This document shows positions 27,599-40,818 of a DNA stretch of 64,000 nucleotides, piece after piece (positions within the stretch are counted from its first letter, which is position 1; each line of letters begins with the position of its first letter). A program made the position numbers and the translations under genes. A model generated the notes under the pieces. The model was not told where the DNA came from. It made no database searches and saw only the letters and a list, made by a program, of their open reading frames with translations. This DNA comes from Bispira polyomma (Eukaryota), in the NCBI GenBank assembly GCA_965649765.1, contig OZ287754.1, positions 59,954,001 through 60,018,000 on the forward strand, given 5' to 3'.

Positions 27599-27867
27599 TA
27601 AAGCATGTAATCAATTGAACTGGTAATTCTCCAGGTTCAGATATTTCATAAATGTTGGGGCTTTAACTATAGAACTTCAAACTGATGGGTGTCTCACTAG
27701 CAAGTTAAGACTAACCATTTCAACCCTAACTATCACTGGCAAATTTTTTGGTAATAGATTACATATGGCTGGAGTCAGTAAAACACCAGACCTCTTCTGG
27801 CATTCAATAACAGCCTGGTGTACGATTTTTTAAAGTGGGAAGTGTGCTGTACTAAGAATTTCCTATT

Positions 27868-29732
27868 TCCATTTCATTACAAGGGCAATAAACTATAGCT
27901 ATGACAGTGGCCAAATGTCTGAATCTTTGAGAACTTGCATCATTACCCGTCTGCCTAAAGGTGACAAACCAAGGGAGTACCTGAAAAACTGGAGACCTTT
28001 ATCTATGCTTTCAGTTGTATACAAAATTGTTTCAGCATCATTGGCAAACAGATTGAAACCTTATCTGCCTAATATTATATCAGAATGCCAGAGTGGATTC
28101 ATATCTGGAAGATTTATTGGTGATAATACAAGACTCGTATATGATATTATGGACACAGTTGAATGGAAAAATGTAAATGGGTTGCTGATGTTGATAGACT
28201 TCGAAAAGGCGTTTGACAGTGTATCTTGAGATTTTGTAAACAAAGTATTACTTTTCTTTAATTGTGGAGAGGGCTTTATAAATTGGATTAAACTACTGAA
28301 TACCAGCATAAAAGAAAAAACAGTAACTAACTGTAAATACCTTACATCCTATGGCACACTTTGTACAATAAAATATCAGATAGCACTAATCCTTTTTGGA
28401 AAACGGTTATTGAAGCTTGGATAAAGGTGGTTGATATTATAAAACCAAGAACAAATCAAGACTTATTGGCCTCTCCACTCTGGTATAACAGACATATATC
28501 TCAATGTGATCTATTACTACCAAAATGGTATCGGGCAGGAATCAAATTTGTAGCCGATATAGTGAGTACAAATGGTAAAATGACGTTTGAGGAAATTAAA
28601 AAAAAAGGTACCTCTCTACGACTACTCATTTTGACTATTACAGAGTCAGGGGATTGATAACTAAATTTATCAATTATTATAAAGAAAGCGATATTTATTC
28701 CTAAATTTCCCATATACCCATACCATTTATAAATTTTGAAAAAGTCATCTAACGGAGCAAGGGACATGTATAAAGTTTTGAATAAATTTGAAGATTTCTC
28801 AAACAAAAACTAAGTGGCATTTCAATTTGTCCATTGTAATGAATGATAGTATCTGGAAACTTATATTTAAAGTATGTTTCAGGACAATCAGTGACAATAC
28901 ACTTGTCTGGCTTCAATATAAGGTAATACATCGAATTCTAGGAACTAGCAAGCTGAGGTTTAAAATGAAATTAGAAAGTAATGGCAATTGTCGATTATGT
29001 AATAACGATGAAGAATCGTTAATTCACTTGTTTTGTGACTGTAAAATTACTCAGATGCTTTAACAGCAGCTATCTGGATGTATAAAGAGGAAAATTCATT
29101 TTAGTTTGCCTATAACACCACAGTCTAGTACTAGGATATTTGAACACTGACCAGAATTGTATTCCAATCAACACTATCTTCTTGTCTGTGAAGCACTATA
29201 TATTCACATGTGCCTATCAAAAAAGATCACCCAATATAACAGAATATATGAACAGATTAGCAATATTATTCCAGGAACAAGAACTTTTGCATAAATTTGA
29301 TTGTCAAATAGAAAAATTCAATAATATATGGTTCAAATGTAGGCCATTATTCCAATAAAGGACTCGGAATTATTGTATACTGTACTATAAGACAGAGCAT
29401 GTATTGTCAAAATCACATGATATTGGAGAGATAAGTTGATGTGTTTTTATGCATTTTTTCTTTTTTTTATATATATATATATATTTTTTTTTTCTTATTC
29501 CATTGCAAATACTATGTAACAGTAGACAATATTACAGTAACGTGTATCTAACTAAGAAAGAGTTGCATTTTAATTCCAAATCTTTAAATCATAAAAATAT
29601 CTTGTAAAGCAATAGGCAACTCTGTACTTGTTTGGGTAAAATTTGGTTGATATAAAATAATGTCTCTTAATGTATATCATCAGTCAACATAAAAATATAT
29701 GTCAATGGAAAAAAAAAGAAAAAAAAAAGAAA
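27868..29732 (+). mobile_element. 5'-truncated, internally deleted L1/Tx1-clade LINE (ORF2 RT + C-terminal CCHC zinc finger), pseudogenised
   Basis: RT motifs KNWRPLSML..YKI, QSGFISGR.IGDN, IDFEKAFDSV and zinc finger CRLC..DEESLIHLFCDC. A-rich tail 29709-29732. 14-bp TSD AAGAATTTCCTATT at 27854-27867 and 29733-29746. Confidence 0.93.
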
Positions 29733-29965
29733 AAGAATTTCCTATTACGAAAAGCTCAAGGAAAATATTTTTTAAACCTTTTGACCCAAAACAAAATGAT
29801 ACCAGGGACCTGAAGGAAATTTTGGTAATTGGTTACAGAATGCGGTATCACTAAAACACATACTACCTTGTCATTCAATAACGGCCTTGTGTATAATGTT
29901 TTACAAGGGAGTGTGCTGTACTAATAATTCCCTATTATGAGGAACTAAAGAAATATATATATTAA

Positions 29966-30197
29966 CCCTTTCAAACCCAAAGGAAAATGATCACTGGGAA
30001 CTGAAGGAAATTTTTAGGAAAGAGGTTACAGATAGCTGGAGTCGATGAAACACACCACAAACTACTTCCTGCATTCAATAATGGCCCGTCTAATTTATAA
30101 AACAAAGGAGTCTGCTGAACTAAGACTTCCCTATTATGAGGAACTTGGTAACAAATATATAATCACCTGCTAGTCGACAACCGAGGTGGCAAAAGGA
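29966..30197. mobile_element. piggyBac-like MITE (ctgaaggaaatttt...gctggagtc family; partial copies at ~27720, 29775, 30770, 55610)
   Basis: TTAA|cccttt ... aaagga|TTAA, with a core shared among six loci. Confidence 0.55.
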
Positions 30198-31462
30198 TTA
30201 AATAAGAAATATGGCGATCAATCAACAGATAGGTTCCTCACCCAGTTCCATAAACAAGTGCTATTAAGTTGGCATAGGGTATTTTGCACAAACCCAAATG
30301 ATAGAATTGAAAGACTCAATGACTGTTTAATGACGCTTCAGCAGTTGCAAAATAATCGCCGATATAACGTTAAAAAAAAAGGATATGAAATGTATTAAAT
30401 AACTTTTTTTTATTTCATGACAAAATAGAATCAAACAGAAAATACACAAGAATCACTAAAAGTAATTTGAAATGTCGACGTTTTGAATAAGAATACGATT
30501 ACTTCCTACTTTGATGTGGTATTACTAAAAATGGAATATTGGAATTTGGCTCTGCATACATTGTACATAAATACCCAACAACTGGTCAAAACAGCCACTG
30601 ATCAGACTCGTGACCATTAATTTTTTATCAATATTTAAATGTTACATTTTAACTTGAGTTGATCATTATAATAAGACTTGCACGAAATATGCACGATATA
30701 TATATATATAGATAGAGATATAGATATATATATATATAGATATATAGATATATATATATTTTGACACTTTCAACTTCCAAAACAGAATCATCGCAGGGAA
30801 CTGAAGGAAATTTTGGTTAAATAGGTTCCAGCTGGAGTCACTAAAACGCACACTACAGACTATTTCTGGCATTCAAAAATGGACTATCGTCTAATGTTTA
30901 AATCAATAAAGACTGTTGCACTAAGAATTTTCTCCTTATGAGGAACTAGGAGTGACAAATGTCATCTGCTGATAGTAGACGACCTAAGTGGCAAAAGGGT
31001 TAAATAAGAAATCTTGAGATCAATTGTAGATATATATCTGACCCAGTTTCATAAACAAATCCTAGAAAGTTGGCACAGGCTATTTTACACAAAACTAAAT
31101 TATACAATTAAAATACTCAATGACCATTTACTGTACAATAACACTGTAGTGCAATTGACAATTACGCTTCAGCAGTTACAAAATAATCATTGACATAACG
31201 TCAAAATAATGGATAAAGAATGCATTAAATGACACTGATTCTATTTTGTCAGGAAATAAATAGAAAATACATAAAAATCACCAAGAAATAAGTAGAATAC
31301 GATTACTTCCTACTTTATTGTGTTATTACTGAAAATAGAACATTGGAATTTGACCCAGCATACATTGTACATAAGTACCCAACAACTGGTCGAAACAGCC
31401 TATGATCAGAGTGACAATTGTTATCAATATTTAAATGTTACTTTTTAACGAGTTGATCATTG
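30180..31462. repeat. Local tandem duplication (~30180-30670 vs ~30980-31462)
   Basis: Shared gtggcaaaagg.ttaaataagaaat, acgcttcagcagtt.caaaataatc, gaatacgattacttcctacttt, gagttgatcatt. Confidence 0.85.
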
Positions 31463-32622
31463 TAATTAAAATCTAATAGAAATATGTTCAGACAAAAACA
31501 AGGTCATTTATCTAAGCACTTGGACATTTATTACGTGAACTGCCTACACATTAAACATTTTACTCTAGGTGTAACCTTAAGTTGTATGATGGATCACATT
31601 AATCAACAATAGTCGCTTACAATAGTCGCTTTCAACAGCTTGCTTCATATCATGACGGCCACTTATAATTAAGGAAGAAACAAGTGCTGATGCATTCTAA
31701 ATCACGAACCTCAAAGTACACTTATCTTAGGACTAGGACAATAATTATGAAAAACATTAAACATTTTACTTCCGGTGGCAATCTGAATCTGTATTACGAA
31801 TCACATTGGTCAACAAATCAAAAAATTAGAGACAACATTAACTGAATTTCTCAATAAAATGCAAATATTTATCATCTTAAAGCTGCTGTAGTACATAAGT
31901 CAAAAAGTAATATGCCTATTCTTAAGTCTTCCTAAAACTATCATGAAAATAAATGCCTTCAATCATTTGCTGCAGAACATGTCTTTGTGTGTCGGTACTT
32001 GGCTATCTTAAGAATAGGTGCCATGAACATTGGAAGAATTCTGTATTACATATCAAAATGATATTATATGAATACTGAGGGCATAAATACCCATTTACAG
32101 GAACATTTTGTATGATCTGTATAAAATTGTTGGTTTTTGAGTTAGGTTCAGTACTGTGTAAGGAAGCCCGCCTCGGGGCAAGGAAGGAAGGAAGCCCGCC
32201 TCAGGGCAAGGCAATTACAAGTAATGTAAAGAAATTCACTGTAGTGTAAGGAAATTACAAGGAATGCAAGGAATTAAGGAAATTACAAGGAATGTAGGGA
32301 AATTCACTGCAGTGTAAGAAAATTGGAATGAATACAAGAAAATTCATTGATGTGCAAGGAAATTAAAAGGAATGTAAGGAAATTGTAAGGAAGGTTTACA
32401 AATTAACGGCTGTGCAACGACATTTGCTGCAGGTTTAGTAAAAAAAAAAAAGCAAGAAAATTGAACAAAATGATATGATGTTTATCACTGCAATGTTAGA
32501 AAGTCCACTGCAATGTTAGAAACCTCACTGTATCGTCTAATTCTTGACCACATACCATATATCTACTAAAATCTCACCTTGAAAATGTATAAAGACACAA
32601 ACTGTTATTTTACTATACTCAC

Positions 32623-32676
32623 CTCAGTGATCTGTGTCCCAAAATGGTCCAAACAAGTAGCCATTATTAATTTGAA
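32623..32676 (-). other. Candidate exon with Kozak ATG (MATCLDHFGTQITE)
   Basis: Acceptor ctctgttttcag|, ataATGG at 32664, donor GAG|gtgagt in phase 0. Confidence 0.5.
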
Positions 32677-33229
32677 CTGAAAACAGAGTAATGGATAATT
32701 AAAAACTACCAACCAAGTCTTGTCATACCTGTAGTATCCTGTAGCAGAACCAGTCCATCATTTTTACTAAAAATGAGCAATATTTACAAAGCATGGTAAG
32801 TGAGCACTGACTATAGTCCTTATAACTGGCAGGTATGGGGACAATGCTACTGTTACTTTAGTACTAGAGGTCATCAGGACAATATGCATTGTGTATGTAG
32901 TCACAAGTGCACATCAGCACACTATCAGTTGCACCAGCTAAATAAACCTGTTTATACTAGATATTAGAGATTGCTCTATTTTTTTTAAACGATTTATTGG
33001 AGAAGATTTCTGACCAATTCCGATCATGGACTTGAAATCTATTTTTACTGATAAACATTTGTTTCCATGCACGTTTGTTTATTTCTAGGATAATCTGGTA
33101 TATTTATACTATTAGGATAATTTTGGTAAAATAATCGACTGTTTTCTTGCACCGAGGAAAGCTTAGATGTTTGTCAAATCGTGCACTTATCAATTTTGAA
33201 CTGACTATATGTAAAGCGATGTATTTGAA

Positions 33230-33447
33230 TTTAGGGGTTTCTTACATCAGTTTCAACAGCTCAGGTCATATCACGGCAGATAAATTTAATAGACGAAACC
33301 CGGGTGTGGAAGCACTCTAAACAACCAACCTACAGAAAATACTGAACAAACTTTCCTATATAAAGGTCCAAACAGGATTCAAACTCACTTTGGGGAGGGG
33401 CCAGTGATTGTGAGCTGGAACTTCTAAGAAGTAGGCTTACACAGCCC
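33230..33447 (-). mobile_element. tRNA-derived SINE copy
   Basis: ttcaacagctcaggtcatatcacgg ... caggattcaaactcac (B box on minus strand) ... ggccagtgatt. Confidence 0.7.
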
Positions 33448-33539
33448 TTTGTTCTGTTCAGGCAAGTCATAAAATTTACCTAATAGGCTTTCAAACTTCT
33501 ACGTCAACAGGGAACTAGCTATGTCTAGTTGTAGAGCCA

Positions 33540-34386
33540 ATATATATACATTTTTACACCAAGATCAGACTGTAGGGGTATAAAAAGGCGAACTCAAGAG
33601 AACAGTATACAATGTAGACACACACAGTACACACACATCCCTCACAGATACACACCAGAACACACCCACCCTTTACAACATCAGCACCAGTGCTAGCAGA
33701 TTACACAGTCCGAACAGCCACCCAGGTCCCCCCATGTCAGACCACCCAGCCCTGTGAGGGTCAGGGGGGGGGGGCAGTGTGGGGTCGGTGTCTACAAGAC
33801 CTACTAACACACACCAGCTACATTGCTCATATTAATTACACTGAGCCAGGGACCTTGCGGTAGAAAGTGACAAAAGAGAACCACAGACATCCATACGTAA
33901 TCAGACGACCTCTCACACACTCAGCAACGACCCACTAGCAGCCAACACACAACCATACGTAGTCAGATGACCTCTCACACTCAGCAATGACCCACTAGCA
34001 GCAAACAACTACACATAGTCAGCAAAGACCCACCAGCAACACACAACCATACATAGTCTCTCACAGATGCACACACTCAGAAGTGACCCCAACCATGCAG
34101 CAGCAGACACTCGTGATTCCAGAACAGACACACACGGGTCAATTAAAAAGGGCTCACCACTGTAAGATTTGGAGTATCGTTGAATTTGTCCCAAAAGGAT
34201 ACATTTACATGTATTAGGAGTAACCATAAATGTGCAGTTTACTAACAGAAACACTACTGTACATTTCTGTGGGGTTTTTTTAACGTTAAAAACTATCACT
34301 TTAAGAGCCTTTGAAACTTGGACTACAAAATTCAGAAGTTTGAAAACTTGATCTAATGAAGTATTACAGTAGTGTTCGGTCTAATA

Positions 34387-34417
<31 letters not shown>

Positions 34418-35300
34418 AACAAAAACAAAAAAAAAAAAAACAACCCAAAGAAACAAACATTTATACAACATTAACATTCAATAAACCACAAAGGATTTTT
34501 AGTAATTCATGAAAACTGTTAAAGAGTACACATAAAATAGACTCAAGTGTTTGCAATTGTATTTTTAACTTTTGTTTATTTTAGGTTGATATTGTGTCTT
34601 TATTGTTTTTGTTTTTCAATTATTGATTAATATTTTTGTGATTATTTTTAAAATTATATCAAGTTTTTTGTTTAATTGGCTTGTTCTGTATATTAGTAAT
34701 AATCGTGTAATTTGTTGTGTGTGTATAGATATGTGTGTATAGATGTTTATGTATAAAATATGCATTTTAATGAGTAATTATTGATAGTTTATGTTTTTGC
34801 AATAAAACCAACACCAGGTATATAAATCAACAAGATGTATATGTATCCTTTTGGAAATTAAATGGGTATTGGATAGAATTGACATATTCCTTCTTTTTTA
34901 GACCATTTTAATAAGAGTGTGTAGCATCTTGAACCCTTTTTAAATGACCTATATCCCTTCTAGACAAGTGTGTAGCTCCAGTGTATATATATAGCTTTGT
35001 AATGCATGTGTGTGCTGTGTGTAGTGTACATGTAGAACCCCCCCACCCTCCCAACCTCCCTTTCCCACCTCACCTCCCCCCACTAGGGGGTGGCGTGATC
35101 TGGTCAATGGGTAAGACTTGACCAACTGCTGGTCTGTGTAACTGCTTTTTGTGCTGGTGTCATAAAGGAGAGGGTGTGTGTGTGTGTGTACTGTGAGGAA
35201 AGTACGAGTACTCTATGTGTGTATACTTTGTGTACTGCACCCTCTTGAGTTCTGTTATACCCCGCTACAAGCCAGTGTGGATATGTATACATACATAGAT
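33540..35300. repeat. ~1.8-kb degenerate inverted duplication (palindrome centred ~34550)
   Basis: Collinear inverted matches: ggggtataa..gaactcaagag (33575-33600) vs 35242-35263, 33600-33715 vs 35125-35238, ccaaaaggatacat (34191) vs atgtatccttttgg (34841). Confidence 0.7.
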
Positions 35301-36049
35301 TTATATATCAAGCTCACACTATCTCAAATCAGATCAAGTAAAGTTTTGGGGGGGGTTTATCGTCACTTTTCAACACGTCTATTCGTCAACTGTCAGGTTT
35401 GGGGCAGTTTCATTAGGTAGAACTAACTCAAAAGCTGAGGTGTTTGTTTTATGACTCAATATCTTCTTCAAAAGGTAACTCTAGTATATGCCTTACTGTA
35501 GGTTACTTTATGTAACTCTATGCATGCAAAGATTGTTTATAAAACATTTAGCATTGTATGGGGCTCATACTCCCCCAAAAAAGAAGAATTTCTATATCAA
35601 CATGGGAGCGACAGAATTCATAATTTGTGATAACAGTTCTATGCAGATACTGCTTCACAATGGTTGGACGAGTACACTTTCGGGTTGATCAATCATTGCT
35701 GACACCCCTACATCATGGTGACTCAGGTCATAATTTGATAATATATAAATCAATTTTGATTCAACCAAGTACCGCTGTATATTTTGAAATACAAACTCCT
35801 GGCCGATTGCATCATGACTGCAGCTGGTGGCGACTATAAATCCAGGTCTACACACTGGTGTGACGCGAGATGCTTTGTGTATCATTGGCGTGTAACCACA
35901 CACCTAATTCATCTAGCAATGTTTAAGTAACAATTTGGTACTCTGTGTAAACAAAATATGGGTGTAGGGATTTGGTGGTACATATCAAACATACCGACAG
36001 ACTTAATAGTACAGTGCTCACCCACAAAAAAACATGCTTCACCACTTAC

Positions 36050-36101
36050 CAGTCAGCTTGTGGTACCCTGGTGAAATCCCTGTATATGTACTACTATGCT
36101 T
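36050..36101 (-). other. Candidate exon of a downstream minus-strand transcript
   Basis: Acceptor ttcctccaattctacag| and donor CTG|gtaagt. Confidence 0.45.
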
Positions 36102-37649
36102 CTGTAGAATTGGAGGAATTTGCAAAAAAATTGTAAGGAATTCAACTTACTCAACACTAGCGGTGTACCCACTTGCACATAGGTGTGTACTAATAGAACA
36201 TTTGCAGAATTACAAACTATATGTATTACCAATCACCTCACCTTTTTAGCTGACCATTTGGCCCCACAGAGTGAGAAAGTGGAAAAATATAAATGTGTTT
36301 AAAAATGACCCTTAAAAGCTAAAATAGAAACGTGTGAATTCACCGATACACAGAAAGTATAGGAAAAAAACCCAACATGTAAACACTAACTTCAGAGGTA
36401 TTGTGTGTTGATAATTCTCTTTTAAAAACACAGAAAAATACTATCAGTTCAATTGGTTAAGTTTTAAATTCATTCTGTAATTATATTTTATAAAAATATT
36501 AATGCTGTAATATTATCAATTTAAAATATTATGCAATTCTATCAAGCATATTCACACTTCATCACAAATGTACATGTTTTTTTAAACTGACACTCATTGA
36601 TCACTTTTTTATATGTGGACTTAAGATTAAAAACAAATAAAACAGTGTACTTATACCCAAATCACTACACCTAGTAAGACAAACACATTTACTGCAAAAG
36701 ACCATCTTTGTGCACGTTCCATTTAGTCTTTGTGAATACTGAATTTTTTAAATTCTTAATCTACCAATGTTCAAAGTACTTATTCTTCAGATTGCCAACT
36801 ATTGACGCACAAACTACATGTTCTACAGTTACTGATCCAGGGCATTGAATAATCTTGATCCCTTAAGGACATTACAGTTCAGCAGTGAACAATCAGGCTG
36901 CTCAAGGAGCCTTTAGGACCTGATACTTCGCACAGACATTTTCAAAATGTATTGTTCTGGAGAGGAATTTAGTTGGGTTATATCTCATCACTTGCAACAG
37001 CTTAGCTTGTATCATGATTGCAGAAGTTGCCCTAAACAGCTCTATCTTCAACATTAAATTATGACATTAATCACTTAGGTATATTGCAGAACTGCAGTCA
37101 ACAATTAGTGTTTTTAGTACACAATACTCTGCACAAAGAAATTATAATAAAAACTTCTGGAGTTTCAAATACTTTGAAAATACTGTTAAATCATTCACAC
37201 AGATCACTAAATTTATTTTTATGATATCTGTTAACTATTCCTTCTTGAGAAATTTTTCAATCTAATTCCAATATTTCAAAGAGCAATGGCTGGCTGTTAA
37301 AACAGCACATACCTAAAGTATTGGACAACGTCAATCACAGGGTTACTAGAGTTTAATAAACGGAATACATTTTTAGAACATTTAGATTTAAAAATTTTAT
37401 GACACTTCTATCTCATTTAAAGTCTTTCAAATTAATCCTTAACAATACTCTTAAATAATGACCAAACTATTCACGTAATGTTTAATACTTATTTGAGTTT
37501 TATGTTGCTTTTAACATGTTAGAATATATGATGGTAGAAACCAGTTCTGAAACAACTGTGTAAACTACTGACAAGTACCAAACTTGTCCACATGAAGGAA
37601 CAAACAGAATTAAAATCCATATTGTTAAGTTACCAGTGATTATGAAGCC

Positions 37650-37825
37650 AACACTTCTAACCACTAGGCCACCACAGCACCTCAACTTACTTAAAGACAA
37701 ATAAACTCACTGTCTAACCACTAAGCTACCAAAGCACCTTAACTTACTCAAAGAGAAATAAACTCGTCTTACCACTAAGCCACCATATCACCTCAACTTA
37801 CTTGAAGACAAATAAACTCACTGTG
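37650..37825. repeat. 3 x ~57-bp repeat built on a SINE 5' end
   Basis: accacta.gc.acca..gcacctcaacttact..aagacaaataaactc x3. Confidence 0.8.
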
Positions 37826-38138
37826 TACACACAAAGCATCTACAATTTAAGACAATTATTTTTAAAGATCAGAATGATTTTTTGTTTTTTTCTATTCCCT
37901 GACAAAATATAATCAGTGTTATTTAATACATTGTATATCCATTGAATGACGTCATATCTACCGATTGATCTCCAGGTTTCTAAATCTTATTTTACTAATA
38001 ACCAACAGTAATGTCTATAATAAATTAGTAAGGCTATTAGTAAGGAAAACAATATCTTGATATGTTGGAGATGTTCCAAAAAGTCCAGATAATATGGGTC
38101 AAACATTTAAGATGTCCATATAATGTCAGGAACCTTAA

Positions 38139-38399
38139 CCCTTTTGCCACTGGGGGAAAACTATTGCTAGAAACTGAAGGAAATTTTTTGGATTATGGGT
38201 TACGAGATAGTTGGGGAGTCACTAAAACACACACCGCTGACAACTTCTGGAATTGAGTGGGAAGTCTGTTGTACTGACAATTTCCTATTGCGAGGAACTG
38301 AAGGAAAATACAATAATATTTTGGGGGTGTTGACTGCCTGCTGACAGACATAGGATCTGGGAGTAACAATTACCACTGGGTCACTAGGGGTTGAAAGGG
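38139..38399. mobile_element. piggyBac-like MITE, same family
   Basis: TTAA|cccttt ... aaaggg|TTAA with the same core. Confidence 0.6.
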
Positions 38400-38498
38400 T
38401 TAACCATAGGTGAACGAGATTTAGGTTCTGATCTGCATTATCATATACTTGTCAGATGAAAGATGACAATGTTGAAAAACTAAATTTAATATAGGACT

Positions 38499-38607
38499 GG
38501 GCCCGTATTCACGAAAGGACTTAGCCAGGTCTTAGGCTTAAATCTAGCACAAAAGTATACTGATTTAAGCCTAAGACCTGGCCGAGTCCCTTCGTGAATT
38601 TGGACCT
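38499..38607. mobile_element. Short palindromic MITE
   Basis: attcacgaaaggacttagccaggtcttaggcttaaatc pairs with gatttaagcctaagacctggccgagtcccttcgtgaat. Confidence 0.8.
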
Positions 38608-40818
38608 AGTTATTGTGTTCACAAGCTTGAATAGTTTTTTAAATTACACCCCAAAGACAAAATAACAGTACACAGCACTAAATCTGATTTCAAAAAAAAA
38701 AAAAAAAATAACTAAAAACTGGAAAAAATAATTAGAGATGAAACCATGCTTGAGAGCCTATGATTACTGAGGAGGGATTGGCAGCCATTTATGAATACTG
38801 GGTTTTGTAAGAAATGTAGGATTATGTCAGTGTTATTGTAGCTAATAAAAATTTATATAATTACACCCGAAAGAAAACAAAACATAACACCAAACCTCAT
38901 TAAATTCTTCAGAACACAAACCTTATTAAATTCTTTAAAGTGTAAAAAAAAATGTAATTTAACAAAAAATTTAATTTAAAATTTTTTTTTCCATAAAGAA
39001 AAAACAATGCTCAAGAGCCTATGATTCCTGAGGGGAGAGCACCCATTATTAAATACTCTTTGGGGCCAAATATATTATGACGTCCTGTACATGACCCACA
39101 ACAAAAGTGTCTAATTTCCAGGAAATAAAACCTAACATTTCAGGGCAGTAAACCTGATTAAATTAATCTAAGTGAAAAAAAAAATTAATATACAAAATAA
39201 TATAATTAGACTTACATTTAATAAAAAAAATATTTTTAGGGTGCTTGGCTGCTAGTAAACAACGTACGGGTCGAAAGGGTTAAAAAAAAAAAAGGTTTAA
39301 AACAATTCTAGGATGAAATAGTGCTCGAGAGCCTTATGATTACTGCAAAGGTATAGCAGCCATTAAAACCCACTGAAACAATTCAGTATACAGAAACTTT
39401 TTATGTAACACCAGACCTTACATATATTGGGGAAAACACGGTATACCAATATCAGAACCCTAACCATATCGACACAGTACATACAACTTGCATGAAATTT
39501 TCAGGGATTTTTTTTTTGTAAAAATATTCAACGGGAACTTGTCCCATCAATATTGCTGAAAAAGTGGACTAAATTTAGACACATTTTTTTTAAACTTCAA
39601 CAATACTATAACTATTCTGCAACTCATTATTTGCAAATTTAATTAATTATAAAAACCCTCAAAAGGATCTTCCTTAAACTTCACACACACTAATATTTGC
39701 TACAATCTTTTCACCTAACACTGATCATTGTGGACACGATTCATTAAATGTGCAGACACTTGGAAAAACTAAACTAAGGTACCGGTCTAAAATAACCGTT
39801 TAGCAACAGGCCTGAAAAAGGTTTATTTCATGAGACTGTGGTTCTTTACAGTCGAATCACAAAAGGACCAGCGGACAAGGCTCTACTTGGACATGATTTA
39901 CACAGGGTCGAGATCTGAAATCTAAGGCTTTTGTGGGACAACACTACAAATTGTTCTCCACCTATAAACAAGTAAATCTTTCTACTCAAAGGGGTTTTCA
40001 CTGTACTTAGGTTTTTCCCTTAAGTTGCACTTTTCTTTGCACAGAACACAAAACATTTGGTTATATAAATAAAAGTAAATGGAGAAAAACTCGCATGACC
40101 TTTTCCCGGGGGCGGTGACTTGATTTGAGGGGGTCTGGACAATGGGGCATGTACACAGTCTTCATTTCAACATAACAAGTGGTCACGACAAAACCACATG
40201 CAACTGTTATGAACACAAAAAAAAAGAAATCCAGTGATTCAAAAAAATGATTTTTTTTCCAAAGACGCAAATAAACATTAAAACACTACAATGCATTCAA
40301 ACAAAAGTCTAGGGTTATTTCGTTGGCGTTAAATATTAAATTTCAGATACCAAGGCGCTAAAACGGTTTGTTTTAAAAAAAAAATCTAGAGCATAAACAT
40401 GTTCAAAAAGAAACCGGATTTAAAGATATACATTTCTTTCCAGACATTTTGAAACAAATGCATATAAATATCAAAACAAAATAACAAGGTTCACCAGTAG
40501 GTTTTAATACCATTTAAAGGTTAAATAGTAGATGTCAAGAATAGGTAGATACATCAATTTGTATGTGACCTGTAATTTAATATCTGTAGGTGTCTGTACT
40601 ATAAGAACCCCTGACAAGCTGTAATAAGTGCTTCTGTTGTTTGTTAATGCAATGTGTAATATATATCTATACAAAGTCACAAGAAAATCATATTTCACAT
40701 CACAGAAGGCTACTCTTATAGAGCCCCCAGTTCAGGTTGTGTGCTGCCAGGCTGAACAGTGTCAAGAGGGTTAAACAGCCCTTCCAGGCCATTCACTTGA
40801 CATAGCATGTAAACGTCT

